In this document: piece after piece, positions 10,871 to 21,039 of the stretch | How positions within the stretch are numbered: position 1 is the first letter of the stretch | How the letters are laid out: the number at the start of each line of letters is the position of its first letter | NCBI GenBank assembly: GCA_963744145.1 | Contig: CAVUSO010000001.1 | Span: 352,001 to 416,000, forward strand | Source: an uncultured cyanobacterium | Lineage (GTDB): Bacteria > Cyanobacteriota > Cyanobacteriia > Cyanobacteriales > CAWUOF01 | Direction: 5' to 3' | Length of the DNA stretch: 64,000 nt | Notes under the pieces: generated by a model | What the model was told of the DNA's origin: nothing | Seen by the model: only the letters and a program-made list of their open reading frames with translations | Databases searched by the model: none | Made by a program: the position numbers and the translations under genes

Positions 10871-13330
10871 ATGAAAATCTGGCAAATAGTAGTATATTTA
10901 GAATTAGCCAACTTACTTTTCCATCCCTCCGTTTTAGGGCAAATAGTACCCGATCGCACCATAGGAACTACCGTAACACCAAATCTAACCATTAATGGGA
11001 TTTTGAGCGATCGCATTGATCACGGTGCAATCCGAGGGAACAACTTGTTTCATAGCTTGCAAGAATTCAATATTGGGTCAGGACGGGGAGCTTATTTTAG
11101 CAACCCAGCAGGAATCACCAACATTTTCAGCCGGATCACAGGTAGTAATTCCTCCCAGATCAATGGCACATTAGGAGTATTAGGTAATGCCAATCTATAC
11201 TTACTTAATCCCAACGGGATACTTTTTGGTCAGAATGCACGACTCGATCTCAAAGGATCATTTTTAGCGACCACCGCGAATCAGATTAACTTCGCGGATG
11301 GGACTGTTTTTAGTGTTACTAATCCTCAGACATCGACCTTGCTTACTATCAGTGTGCCAGTCGGGTTGCAGTTTGGGAGCAACCCGGGTCCTATTACCGT
11401 TCTAGGGATCGGACAAAATATTAATTCAGTCTCCAGCTTTAATCCTCAAAAATTAGATCTGAATATTGGTTCAAGTGGGTTACAGGTACAACCTCAAAAA
11501 ACCTTAGCCTTAATCGGTGGGAATCTAGCCCTAAATGGAGGGTTATTCTCTGCACCATCCGGACAAATTGAGTTGGGAAGTGTGATGGGAGGAACCGTCG
11601 CTCTTAATCCCAACCCTCAAGGGTGGACATTAAGCTATGGCAATGCTGGCAGCTTTGGCAATATTCAGATGATCCAAGGAGCCTTAGCTGCTGTAGTTGA
11701 CAGCACTACAGGGTTAAATGGAGGGGCGATCCAAATTCAGGGCAAACAAATCAACATCCAGGATGGCTCATTAGTAGTGGTGCAAAATCAAGGTAACCAA
11801 ATTGGGGGTGATATCAACATCAATGCTACCGGGTCACTCCAAATTATCGGCCCATCACTAAACTTTAGCAGCAATTCCACTGGCATAGTGGATGAAACCG
11901 GATCTACAGGTGCAGCAGGTAAGATTACGATTAACACTCCACAGTTGACTGTTGATCAAGGTGGTCAGGTCTTAAACCGAAGCTTTAATTCAGGAAAAGG
12001 TGGTGACATTATCCTGAACATTACGGATGAGTTGCAGGTAGGTGGTATTGCACCGGGAGATCCGCAGCAGACAGCCAGTTCTATCTCTAGCAATGGCTAT
12101 AAAAATGGTAATGGGGGTAATATATTTCTCTCCGCTCCATATATATTAGTCTTTGGGAGGGGTAATATCGGGTCTAGATCCTTTGACCAAGGGAATGGTG
12201 GTAATGTCACAATCAAGGCGGATACTATTCAAGTGACAAGTAAAGGAGTGCCTCCGGATGTATCTTTTGTTAGTGCGCTAAGCACTTCAACTTTCGGTCC
12301 AGGTCTTGCCGGTAATGAGACAATCGACACACGCATCCTCTCAATCCAAGATGGTGGAGTTGTAACAGCCTCTAGCTTTGGTACAGGAAATTCAGGTACT
12401 GTCACCGTCAATGCATCTGAAATCGAGTTAAATGGTATTAAAGACGCACAAAACCCAAGTTATATTGGTGCTGTGGTTCGCAGTCGCGGTATTTTTGGTC
12501 TAACTACCTCTCCTGCCAATTCAGGCAATGTCATCATTAATACTCCAACTCTGAATATTAGCAATGGTGCAGCGGTCTTGGTTCAAAATCAAGGTCTTGG
12601 TAATGCTGGTAGTTTGACTATTAATGCTGGCATAATCCGACTGGATCATGGGGGAAACATCTCCGCATCTACACAATCAGGGGAAGGGGGAAATATTAAC
12701 CTCCAGATTCAAGACTTATTACAGATGCGTCATGGTAGTTTCATTAGTGCAGAAGCGGGTGGTAGTGGTAATGGTGGTAATCTCAATATCAACGCTCCTG
12801 TGATTGTGGGATTAGAAAATAGTGACATTATTGCCAATGCACTCAAAGGTCAGGGTGGTAATATTTCAATTGCTACCCAAGGCATTTTTCTTTCCCCCGA
12901 TAGCAACATCACTGCTTCTTCCCAACTAGGTATTAGCGGTACTGTCAAAATCTCCAATCCTAACTTACAACGGCAAAATATTTTAGTTCTTTCTACTCCT
13001 AATTTTGCCAGTCAAGAGCAGGTGCTAACTAGCAATTGTTTGACTCGTCGCAACAGCCAACAGGGCACCTTTGTAGTTACAGGTAATGGTGGTTTACCAG
13101 AAACACCTGATCATAGCTTGATTTCCTATGATGTGCTTCCGGTGAGGGCTGTGCATGAAGGCAGATCAATCGGCAATAGAAAACTACCACCAGCGATCGC
13201 GAATTCCTGGCATTCTGGGGACTCAATTCAAGAAGCAACCGGATTGGCGTTTACCTCAGATGGCAAAGCTACACTTGTTGCTAATCCAAACCAGGTATTG
13301 TCCCATGATTCTTTGATCTGTTTTCAATAA
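10871..13330 (+). CDS. Filamentous haemagglutinin-family (TpsA-like) beta-helix protein, copy 2
   Basis: Signal peptide, NLFHSLQEF and NPNGI, GNGGNI-type beta-helix repeats, C-terminal FVVTGNGGLP...IQEATG domain. Confidence 0.92.
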   Translation: MKIWQIVVYLELANLLFHPSVLGQIVPDRTIGTTVTPNLTINGILSDRIDHGAIRGNNLFHSLQEFNIGSGRGAYFSNPAGITNIFSRITGSNSSQINGTLGVLGNANLYLLNPNGILFGQNARLDLKGSFLATTANQINFADGTVFSVTNPQTSTLLTISVPVGLQFGSNPGPITVLGIGQNINSVSSFNPQKLDLNIGSSGLQVQPQKTLALIGGNLALNGGLFSAPSGQIELGSVMGGTVALNPNPQGWTLSYGNAGSFGNIQMIQGALAAVVDSTTGLNGGAIQIQGKQINIQDGSLVVVQNQGNQIGGDININATGSLQIIGPSLNFSSNSTGIVDETGSTGAAGKITINTPQLTVDQGGQVLNRSFNSGKGGDIILNITDELQVGGIAPGDPQQTASSISSNGYKNGNGGNIFLSAPYILVFGRGNIGSRSFDQGNGGNVTIKADTIQVTSKGVPPDVSFVSALSTSTFGPGLAGNETIDTRILSIQDGGVVTASSFGTGNSGTVTVNASEIELNGIKDAQNPSYIGAVVRSRGIFGLTTSPANSGNVIINTPTLNISNGAAVLVQNQGLGNAGSLTINAGIIRLDHGGNISASTQSGEGGNINLQIQDLLQMRHGSFISAEAGGSGNGGNLNINAPVIVGLENSDIIANALKGQGGNISIATQGIFLSPDSNITASSQLGISGTVKISNPNLQRQNILVLSTPNFASQEQVLTSNCLTRRNSQQGTFVVTGNGGLPETPDHSLISYDVLPVRAVHEGRSIGNRKLPPAIANSWHSGDSIQEATGLAFTSDGKATLVANPNQVLSHDSLICFQ

Positions 13331-13376
13331 CTTAGAGTTTAGCTTAAACAAAAGCTGTATTTTTTGCTAAAAATCA

Positions 13377-15902
13377 ATGAAAATCTGGGAAATAGTAGCA
13401 TATTTGGGATTAAGCAATTTACTGGTCGCTCCCTCCGTACTAGGGCAAATCATACCCGATCGCACCATAGGAACTACAGTAACACCAAATCTAACGATTA
13501 ATGGGATATTGAGCGATCGCATTGATCACGGAACCATCCGAGGAAGCAATTTATTTCACAGTTTTCAAGAATTCAATATTGGGTCAGGACAGGGAGCTTA
13601 TTTTAGCAACCCAGCAGGAATTACCAACATTTTTAGTCGGATTACAGGTAATAATTCCTCTCAGATCAATGGCACTTTGGGAGTATTAGGTAATGCCAAT
13701 CTATACTTACTCAATCCCAACGGGATACTTTTTGGTCAGAATGCGCGACTCGATCTCAAAGGGTCATTTTTGGCGACTACCGCTAATCAAATTAACTTCG
13801 CCGATGGGACTGTTTTTAGTGCTACTAATCCTCAGACATCGGCTTTACTCACCATCAGTGTACCCGTTGGGTTGCAGTTTGGCAGCAACACTGGTCCGAT
13901 TACTGTCCTAGGAGCAGGGAATGGTGGTGTAAATTTAGAAAACAACTTTGGTGCCCTTAGTGGGGCTCTCAATCTCCAAGGGACACCAAATGATACAAGG
14001 TTAAACAACAATATTAGTATTCCTTCTCCACTGAATATCAATATTGGTTCAAATGGATTACAGGTACAACCTCAAAAAACCTTAGCCTTAGTCGGTGGTA
14101 ATCTGACCTTAAATGGAGGGTTACTCTCTGCACCAGGAGGACAAATTGAGTTGGGAAGCGTAACAGGAGGAATCGTTGCTCTCAATCCGTCTATCCAAGG
14201 ATGGGTAATGAACTATGGTAATGTCTCTAGCTTTGGTAATATTCAGATAACCCAAAAAGCCTTAGCTTCGGTAGTTGGAAGCAGTGCAGGTTTAAACATC
14301 GGATCTGTGCAAATTCAGGGGCAACAAGTTAACATTGAGAATGGCTCATTAGTATTGGTGCAAAATCAAAGCAGTCAAACTGGTGGTGATATCAACATCA
14401 ATGCTACAAATTCACTACATATTATTGGTCAATCAACAGATTTTAACAGTTCCACTGGTTTAGTCAATGAAACCGTATCCAGTGGTGCAGCAGGTAATAT
14501 TAGGATTAATACCCCACAGTTGACTATTGAGGGTGCTTTATTCATTAACCGCACCTTTAGTTCAGGGAAGGGTGGCGATATTATATTAAATATTGGTGAT
14601 GAATTGCGGGTGGATGCTAATGCACCTAGCGATCCACAACAGGTACATAGTTCTCTTTTCACCAACAATTATGCAGAAGGTGATGCAGGTAATATATTTA
14701 TCTCTGCCCCAAGTATATTTATCCTGAATGGTAGCAACATGGGATCTGTCTCCTTTAGTCAAGGAAATGCTGGTAATATTACAATCAGTGCAAATACTAT
14801 TCAATTAAAAGGTTCGGAAACTGTTCAGGGTATTGCTGGCTATACTAATGTAATTTCTCTAGGTGCAGGTAGTGGTAATTCCGGTAATGAGATAATTGAC
14901 ACAAATATTCTATCACTCCAAAATGGAGCATCTTTATCAGCGACTAGCATAAGTACAGGAAATTCAGGTACTATCAAAATTAATGCCTCTAAATCAGTGG
15001 AAGTTAGTGGTATAAAAGATGGGCAAGCAATACTTTCAAGTGCTATTAGTACCGGAGTTTACAATCTTTTTGGTCAAAACCCTATTTCTAATTCAGGTAA
15101 CATCACCATTAATACTCCAATTCTAAATGTCCTTGATGGTGCAAACATCGTTGTTCAAAACCAAGGTGCGGGTAATGGTGGGAGTTTGAGTATTAATGCT
15201 GGCACAATCCGACTTGATCATAATGGAAAACTCGTGGGTTCTACCGCATCTGGGGAAGGTGGAAATATAAATCTTGAGGTTCAAGATTTATTACAGATTA
15301 GTCATGGTAGCTTTATTAGTACAGAAGCGGGTGGTAGTGGCAATGGTGGTAACGTTAATATTAAGGCTCCTGTGTTTGCGGGATTAGAAAACAGTGATAT
15401 TATTGCTAATGCAATCAAAGGTCGAGGTGGTAATATTGAAATTGTTACCGAAGGTATTTTTCTCTCCCCGGATAGCAATATTACTGCCTCTTCCCAACTA
15501 GGTATTAGTGGTACTGTTAGTATCTCCAACCCTAATTTGCAAAAGCAAAATGCGGCTATTACTTCTACTCCTAGTTTTTCCAGCCAAGAGCAGGTACTAG
15601 CTAGCAATTGTTTGACTCGTCGTAATAGTCAACAGGGAACTTTTGTGATTACAGGTAACGGTGGTTTACCAGAAACACCTGATAGTAGATTACTCCCCTA
15701 TGATGTGCTTCAGAGTAGGTCTGTAAATGTAGGAAGATTAATCAGAAATAAAGAACCACAACAAGCGATCGCTCATACCTGGCATTTTGGGGACTCAATT
15801 CAAGAAGCAACGGGATTTACTTTTACTCCCGATGGAAAAGTTATCCTTTTTGCTAATGCAAACCATGTATCTAATCCTGATTCTTTGATCTGTTTTCAGT
15901 AA
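13377..15902 (+). CDS. Filamentous haemagglutinin-family (TpsA-like) protein, copy 3
   Basis: Same architecture as the other copies; most divergent central region. Confidence 0.92.
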   Translation: MKIWEIVAYLGLSNLLVAPSVLGQIIPDRTIGTTVTPNLTINGILSDRIDHGTIRGSNLFHSFQEFNIGSGQGAYFSNPAGITNIFSRITGNNSSQINGTLGVLGNANLYLLNPNGILFGQNARLDLKGSFLATTANQINFADGTVFSATNPQTSALLTISVPVGLQFGSNTGPITVLGAGNGGVNLENNFGALSGALNLQGTPNDTRLNNNISIPSPLNINIGSNGLQVQPQKTLALVGGNLTLNGGLLSAPGGQIELGSVTGGIVALNPSIQGWVMNYGNVSSFGNIQITQKALASVVGSSAGLNIGSVQIQGQQVNIENGSLVLVQNQSSQTGGDININATNSLHIIGQSTDFNSSTGLVNETVSSGAAGNIRINTPQLTIEGALFINRTFSSGKGGDIILNIGDELRVDANAPSDPQQVHSSLFTNNYAEGDAGNIFISAPSIFILNGSNMGSVSFSQGNAGNITISANTIQLKGSETVQGIAGYTNVISLGAGSGNSGNEIIDTNILSLQNGASLSATSISTGNSGTIKINASKSVEVSGIKDGQAILSSAISTGVYNLFGQNPISNSGNITINTPILNVLDGANIVVQNQGAGNGGSLSINAGTIRLDHNGKLVGSTASGEGGNINLEVQDLLQISHGSFISTEAGGSGNGGNVNIKAPVFAGLENSDIIANAIKGRGGNIEIVTEGIFLSPDSNITASSQLGISGTVSISNPNLQKQNAAITSTPSFSSQEQVLASNCLTRRNSQQGTFVITGNGGLPETPDSRLLPYDVLQSRSVNVGRLIRNKEPQQAIAHTWHFGDSIQEATGFTFTPDGKVILFANANHVSNPDSLICFQ

Positions 15903-15991
15903 CTAGCATTTAGCTAAATTGTCTGAGATTTTTGGGAAAATTGAGTACAATGATTAATTAAACAGAAAAATATAGTTTTTGTTAAAAATTC

Positions 15992-18439
15992 ATGAAAATC
16001 TGGCAAATAGTAGCATATTTAGAATTAGCCAACTTACTTGTCGCTCCCTCCGTACTAGCCCAAATAGTACTCGATCGCACCGTGGGAACTACCGTAACGC
16101 CAAATTTAACCATTAATGGGATATTGAGCGATCGCATCGATAACGGAACAATCCGAGGGAGCAACTTATTTCACAGCTTTCAAGAATTCAATATCGGGTC
16201 AGGACAGGGCGTATATTTTAGCAACCCAGCAGGAATCACCAACATTTTTAGCCGAATTACAGGTAATAATTCCTCTCAGATCAATGGCACCTTGGGAGTA
16301 TTAGGTAATGCTAATCTATACTTACTCAATCCCAACGGCATACTTTTTGGTCAGAATGCGCGACTTGACCTCAAAGGGTCATTTTTGGCGACCACCGCTA
16401 ATCAAATTAACTTCACCGATGGGACTGTTTTTAGTGCTACTCATCCTCAGACATCGACCTTGCTTACTATCAATGTGCCAGTTGGGTTGCAATTTGGCAG
16501 CAATCCGAGTCCCATTACTGTTCTAGGAATTGGGAATAATATCACTTTAACCTCAAGCTTGGGTGATTCCAGATTAAATATTGATATTGGTTCAAACGGT
16601 TTACAGGTACAACCTCAAAAAACCCTCGCGTTAGTTGGTGGGAATATAGCCCTAAACGGAGGGTTACTCTCTGCACCAGGAGGACAAATTGATTTAGGAA
16701 GCGTCACCGGAGGAATCGTCGCTCTCAATCCAAACCCTCAAGGATGGATATTAAGCTATGGAAGTGCTTCCAACTTTGGTAATATTAAAATGACCCAAAG
16801 AGCCTTAGCTTCTGTAGTTGAAAGCAATACAGGATTAAATTTAGGTGCTGTCCAAATCCAGGGAGAACAAGTTAACATCCAGGATGGCTCATTAGTAGCG
16901 GTACAAAATCAAAGCAATCAAACGGCAGGTGATATCAATATCAATGCTAAAGTGTCACTCCAGGTGATTGGTAAATCAGCAGATTTTAGCAGTAGCACCG
17001 GTGTAGTGAATGAAACCATATCTACAGGTGCAGCAGGTAAGATTACAATTAATACTCCACAGTTAACTGTTACTCAAGGTGCCCAAATCTTCAACCGAAG
17101 CTTTAGTTTAGGAAAAGGTGGAGATATTATATTGAATATTGGGGATCAGTTACAGGTAGGTGATATTGCACCTAACGATCCACATAATACAACCAGTGCT
17201 ATTTTCACCAATAACTATGGTGCTGGTAATGGAGGCAATCTATTTCTCTCTGCTCCACATATATTAATCTTTAAAGGTGGTGGTATAGGAACTAGACCCT
17301 TTGGTCAAGGGAATGGTGGTAATGTGACCGTCAAGGCGGATACTATTCAAGTGACAAGTTTGGGCGCACCCAAGGGTTTATCTTTTAGTTTGCTAGCCAC
17401 TTCAACTTTCGGTCCAGGTCCTTCTGGTAATGAAACAATCGACACAAGCACCCTCTCAATCCAAGATGGTGGATTTGTATCAGCTTCTAGCTTTGGTACA
17501 GGAAATTCAGGTACTGTCACCGTTAATGCGTCTGAATTAATCGAGTTGAGTGGTATTAAAGACGCACAAAACCCAAGTTATATTGGCGCTGTAGTTCGCG
17601 GTTTTTTTGGTCTAACTACCTCTCCTGCCAATTCAGGCAATGTCATCATTAATACTCCTACTCTGAATATTAGCAATGGTGCAACGGTCTTTGTTCAAAA
17701 TCAAGGTCTTGGTAATGCTGGTAGTTTGAGTATTAATGCTGGCACCATCCAACTGGATCATGGGGGAAGCATCTCCGCATCTACAAGATCGGGGGAAGGG
17801 GGAAATATTAACCTTCAGGTTGAAGATTTGCAAATACGTCATGGTAGTTTCATTAGTGCACAAGCGGGTGGTAGTGGTAATGGTGGTAATGTCAGGATCA
17901 ATGCTCCTGTGATTGTGGGATTAGAAAACAGTGATATTACTGCCAATGCACTCAAAGGTCGGGGTGGTAATATTTCAATTGCTACCCAAGGCATTTTTCT
18001 TTCCCCCGATAGCAACATTACTGCTTCTTCCCAACTAGGTATTAGTGGTACTGTCAAGATCTCCAATCCTAATTTGCAACGGCAAAATGTTTTAGTTCTT
18101 TCTACTCCTAACTTTGCCAGTCAAGAGCAGGTGCTAACTAGCAATTGCTTGACTCGTCGCAACAGCAAACAGGGCACCTTTGTGGTTACAGGTAATGGTG
18201 GTTTACCAGAAACACCTGATCATAGCTTGATTCCCTATGATGTGATTCAGGTGAGGGCTGTGCATGAAGGCAGATCAATCGGCAATAGAAAACTACCACC
18301 AGCGATCGCGAATTCCTGGCATTCTGGAGACTTAATTCAAGAAGCAACCGGATTGGCGTTTACCTCAGATGGCAAAGCTACACTTGTTGCTAATCCAAAC
18401 CAGGCATTGTCCCCTGATTCTTTGATCTGTTTTCAATAA
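15992..18439 (+). CDS. Filamentous haemagglutinin-family (TpsA-like) protein, copy 4
   Basis: Same architecture as the other copies. Confidence 0.92.
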   Translation: MKIWQIVAYLELANLLVAPSVLAQIVLDRTVGTTVTPNLTINGILSDRIDNGTIRGSNLFHSFQEFNIGSGQGVYFSNPAGITNIFSRITGNNSSQINGTLGVLGNANLYLLNPNGILFGQNARLDLKGSFLATTANQINFTDGTVFSATHPQTSTLLTINVPVGLQFGSNPSPITVLGIGNNITLTSSLGDSRLNIDIGSNGLQVQPQKTLALVGGNIALNGGLLSAPGGQIDLGSVTGGIVALNPNPQGWILSYGSASNFGNIKMTQRALASVVESNTGLNLGAVQIQGEQVNIQDGSLVAVQNQSNQTAGDININAKVSLQVIGKSADFSSSTGVVNETISTGAAGKITINTPQLTVTQGAQIFNRSFSLGKGGDIILNIGDQLQVGDIAPNDPHNTTSAIFTNNYGAGNGGNLFLSAPHILIFKGGGIGTRPFGQGNGGNVTVKADTIQVTSLGAPKGLSFSLLATSTFGPGPSGNETIDTSTLSIQDGGFVSASSFGTGNSGTVTVNASELIELSGIKDAQNPSYIGAVVRGFFGLTTSPANSGNVIINTPTLNISNGATVFVQNQGLGNAGSLSINAGTIQLDHGGSISASTRSGEGGNINLQVEDLQIRHGSFISAQAGGSGNGGNVRINAPVIVGLENSDITANALKGRGGNISIATQGIFLSPDSNITASSQLGISGTVKISNPNLQRQNVLVLSTPNFASQEQVLTSNCLTRRNSKQGTFVVTGNGGLPETPDHSLIPYDVIQVRAVHEGRSIGNRKLPPAIANSWHSGDLIQEATGLAFTSDGKATLVANPNQALSPDSLICFQ

Positions 18440-18485
18440 CTTAGAGTTTAGCTGAAACAAAAGCTGTATTTTTTGCTAAAAATTC

Positions 18486-20930
18486 ATGAAAATCTGGGAA
18501 ATAGTAGCATATTTGGGATTAAGCAACTTACTGGTCGCTCCCTCCGTACTAGGGCAAATCATACCCGATCGCACCGTAGGAACTACAGTAACACCAAATC
18601 TAACGATTAATGGGATATTGAGCGATCGCATTGATCACGGAACCATCCGAGGGAGCAACTTATTTCACAGTTTTCAAGAATTCAACATTGGAACGGGAAG
18701 GGGAGCTTATTTTACCAATCCAGCAGGAATCGTCAACATTTTTAGTCGGATTACAGGTAATAATTCTTCCCAGATCGATGGCACCTTGGGAGTGTTAGGT
18801 AATGCCAATCTATACTTACTCAATCCCAACGGCATACTTTTTGGTCAGAATGCACGACTTGATCTCAACGGGTCATTTCTAGCAACTACAGCGAATCAGA
18901 TTAACTTCACAGATGGGACTGTTTTTAGTGCTACCAATCCTCAGACATCTCCCTTACTCACCATTAGTGTACCAGTTGGTTTACAGTTTGGGAGCAACCC
19001 GGGTCCTATTACCGTTCTAGGGATCGGACAAAATATTAATTTAGGCTCCCCCCTTAGTCCTAAAAAATTGGATCTTAATATTGGTTCAACTGGATTACAG
19101 GTACAACCTCAAAAAACTCTAGTCTTAGTGGGTGGGAATCTAGCCCTAAATGGAGGGTTACTCTCTGCACCAGGAGGACGAATTGAGTTGGGGAGTGTGA
19201 TGGGAGGAACTGTTGCTCTTAATCCAAACCTGCAAGGGTGGACATTGAGTTATGGAAATGCTGACCACTTTGGCAATATTCAGATGACCCAAGGAGCTTT
19301 AGCTGCTGTAGTTGAAAGCAATACAGGGTTAAATGTAGGCGCTATCCAAATTCAGGGACAACAAGTCAACATCCAGGATGGTTCCTTAGTAGCGGTGCAA
19401 AATCAAGGTAACCAAACGGTCGGTGATATCAACATCAATGCTACAGAGTCACTCCATATTATTGGTAAATCAGCAGATTTTAGCACTCCCACTGCGGTAG
19501 TGGATGAAACCATATCTACAGGTACAGCAGGTAATATTACGATTAATACTCCACAATTGACTCTTGACCAAGGTGCCCAAGTCTACAGCCGAAGCTTTAG
19601 TTCAGGGAAAGGTGGTGACCTGATCCTAAACATTACAGATGAGTTGCAGGTAGGTGGTGTTGCCCCGCTCGATCCGCAGCAGATAGTCAGTTCTATCTTT
19701 ACCTATAACTATGAAGATGGTAACGGAGGTAATCTATTTATTTCCGCTCCACATATATTGATTTTTAATGGTGGTAATATAGGAGCTAGACCATTGGGTC
19801 AAGGAAATGGTGGTAATTTAACAGTCAAGGCAGATACTATTCAAGTGACAAGTGCAGGAGCGCCTCCTGGTATATTTTTTAGTGCGCTAACCGCTTCAAG
19901 CTTAGGTCAAGGTCATTCCGGTAATGAAACAATCGACACAAACACCCTCTCAATCCAAGATGGCGGAGTGGTGTCAGCTTCTAGCTTTGGTACAGGAAAT
20001 TCAGGTACTGTCACCATCAATGCGTCTGAATTAGTTGAGTTGAGTGGAACTAAAGACGCACTCCCAAGTTATATTGGTGCTGTAGTTCGCAGTTTTTTTG
20101 GTCAAACTACCTCTCCTGCTAATTCAGGTAATATCATAATTAATACTCCTACTCTGAATATTAGCAATGGTGCAACAGTCTTTGTTCAAAACCAAGGTCT
20201 TGGTAATGCGGGTAGTTTGAGTATTAATGCTGGCACAATCCAACTTGATCATGGGGGAAGCATCTCCGCATCTACACAATCAGGGGAAGGGGGAAATATT
20301 AACCTCCAGGTTCAAGATTTGCAGATGCGTCATGGTAGTTTCATTAGTGCAGAAGCGGGTGGTAGTGGTAATGGCGGTAATATTAATATCAATGCTTCTG
20401 TGATTGGGGGATTAGAAAACAGTGATATTACTGCCAATGCAGTCAACGGTCGGGGTGGTAATATTTTAATTGAGAGCCAAGGTATTTTTCTTTCGACCGA
20501 TAGCAACATTACTGCTTCTTCCCAACTAGGGATTAGTGGTACTATTCATGTATCTAACCCTAACTTACAACGGCAAAATGTTGTAGTTCTTTCTACCTCT
20601 AATTTTTCCAACCAAGAACAGGTATTAGCTAGCAATTGTTTGACTCGTCGCAACAGTCAACAGGGAACTTTTGTAGTTACAGGTAACGGTGGTTTACCAG
20701 AAACACCTGATCATAGCTTGATTCCCTATGATGTACTTCAGGTGAGAGCTGTGCATGAAGGCAGATCAATCGGCAATAGAAAACTACCACAAGCGATCGC
20801 TAATTCCTGGCATTCTAGAGACTTAATTCAAGAAGCAACCGGATTTGCGTTTACCTCAGATGGCAAAGTTACACTTGTCGCTCATCCAAACCAGGTATCA
20901 ACCCCGGATTCTTTGATCTGTTTTTGGTAA
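18486..20930 (+). CDS. Filamentous haemagglutinin-family (TpsA-like) protein, copy 5
   Basis: Same architecture as the other copies. Confidence 0.92.
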   Translation: MKIWEIVAYLGLSNLLVAPSVLGQIIPDRTVGTTVTPNLTINGILSDRIDHGTIRGSNLFHSFQEFNIGTGRGAYFTNPAGIVNIFSRITGNNSSQIDGTLGVLGNANLYLLNPNGILFGQNARLDLNGSFLATTANQINFTDGTVFSATNPQTSPLLTISVPVGLQFGSNPGPITVLGIGQNINLGSPLSPKKLDLNIGSTGLQVQPQKTLVLVGGNLALNGGLLSAPGGRIELGSVMGGTVALNPNLQGWTLSYGNADHFGNIQMTQGALAAVVESNTGLNVGAIQIQGQQVNIQDGSLVAVQNQGNQTVGDININATESLHIIGKSADFSTPTAVVDETISTGTAGNITINTPQLTLDQGAQVYSRSFSSGKGGDLILNITDELQVGGVAPLDPQQIVSSIFTYNYEDGNGGNLFISAPHILIFNGGNIGARPLGQGNGGNLTVKADTIQVTSAGAPPGIFFSALTASSLGQGHSGNETIDTNTLSIQDGGVVSASSFGTGNSGTVTINASELVELSGTKDALPSYIGAVVRSFFGQTTSPANSGNIIINTPTLNISNGATVFVQNQGLGNAGSLSINAGTIQLDHGGSISASTQSGEGGNINLQVQDLQMRHGSFISAEAGGSGNGGNININASVIGGLENSDITANAVNGRGGNILIESQGIFLSTDSNITASSQLGISGTIHVSNPNLQRQNVVVLSTSNFSNQEQVLASNCLTRRNSQQGTFVVTGNGGLPETPDHSLIPYDVLQVRAVHEGRSIGNRKLPQAIANSWHSRDLIQEATGFAFTSDGKVTLVAHPNQVSTPDSLICFW

Positions 20931-20938
20931 CTGAATGA

Positions 20939-21014
20939 CCAGGATTAGAAGATTGGAGGATTTCAGGATAAAACTAAAGTTAATCCTGTTAATCTTGTAA
21001 TCCTCTAATCCTGA
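20939..21014. repeat. Imperfect palindrome built from short AGGATT/AATCCT units between convergent genes; possible bidirectional terminator
   Basis: CAGGATTAGAAGATTGGAGGATTTCAGGAT ... AATCCTGTTAATCTTGTAATCCTCTAATCCTG. Confidence 0.55.
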
Positions 21015-21039
21015 TCTGATTTAGGTAGGATTAGCGAAA

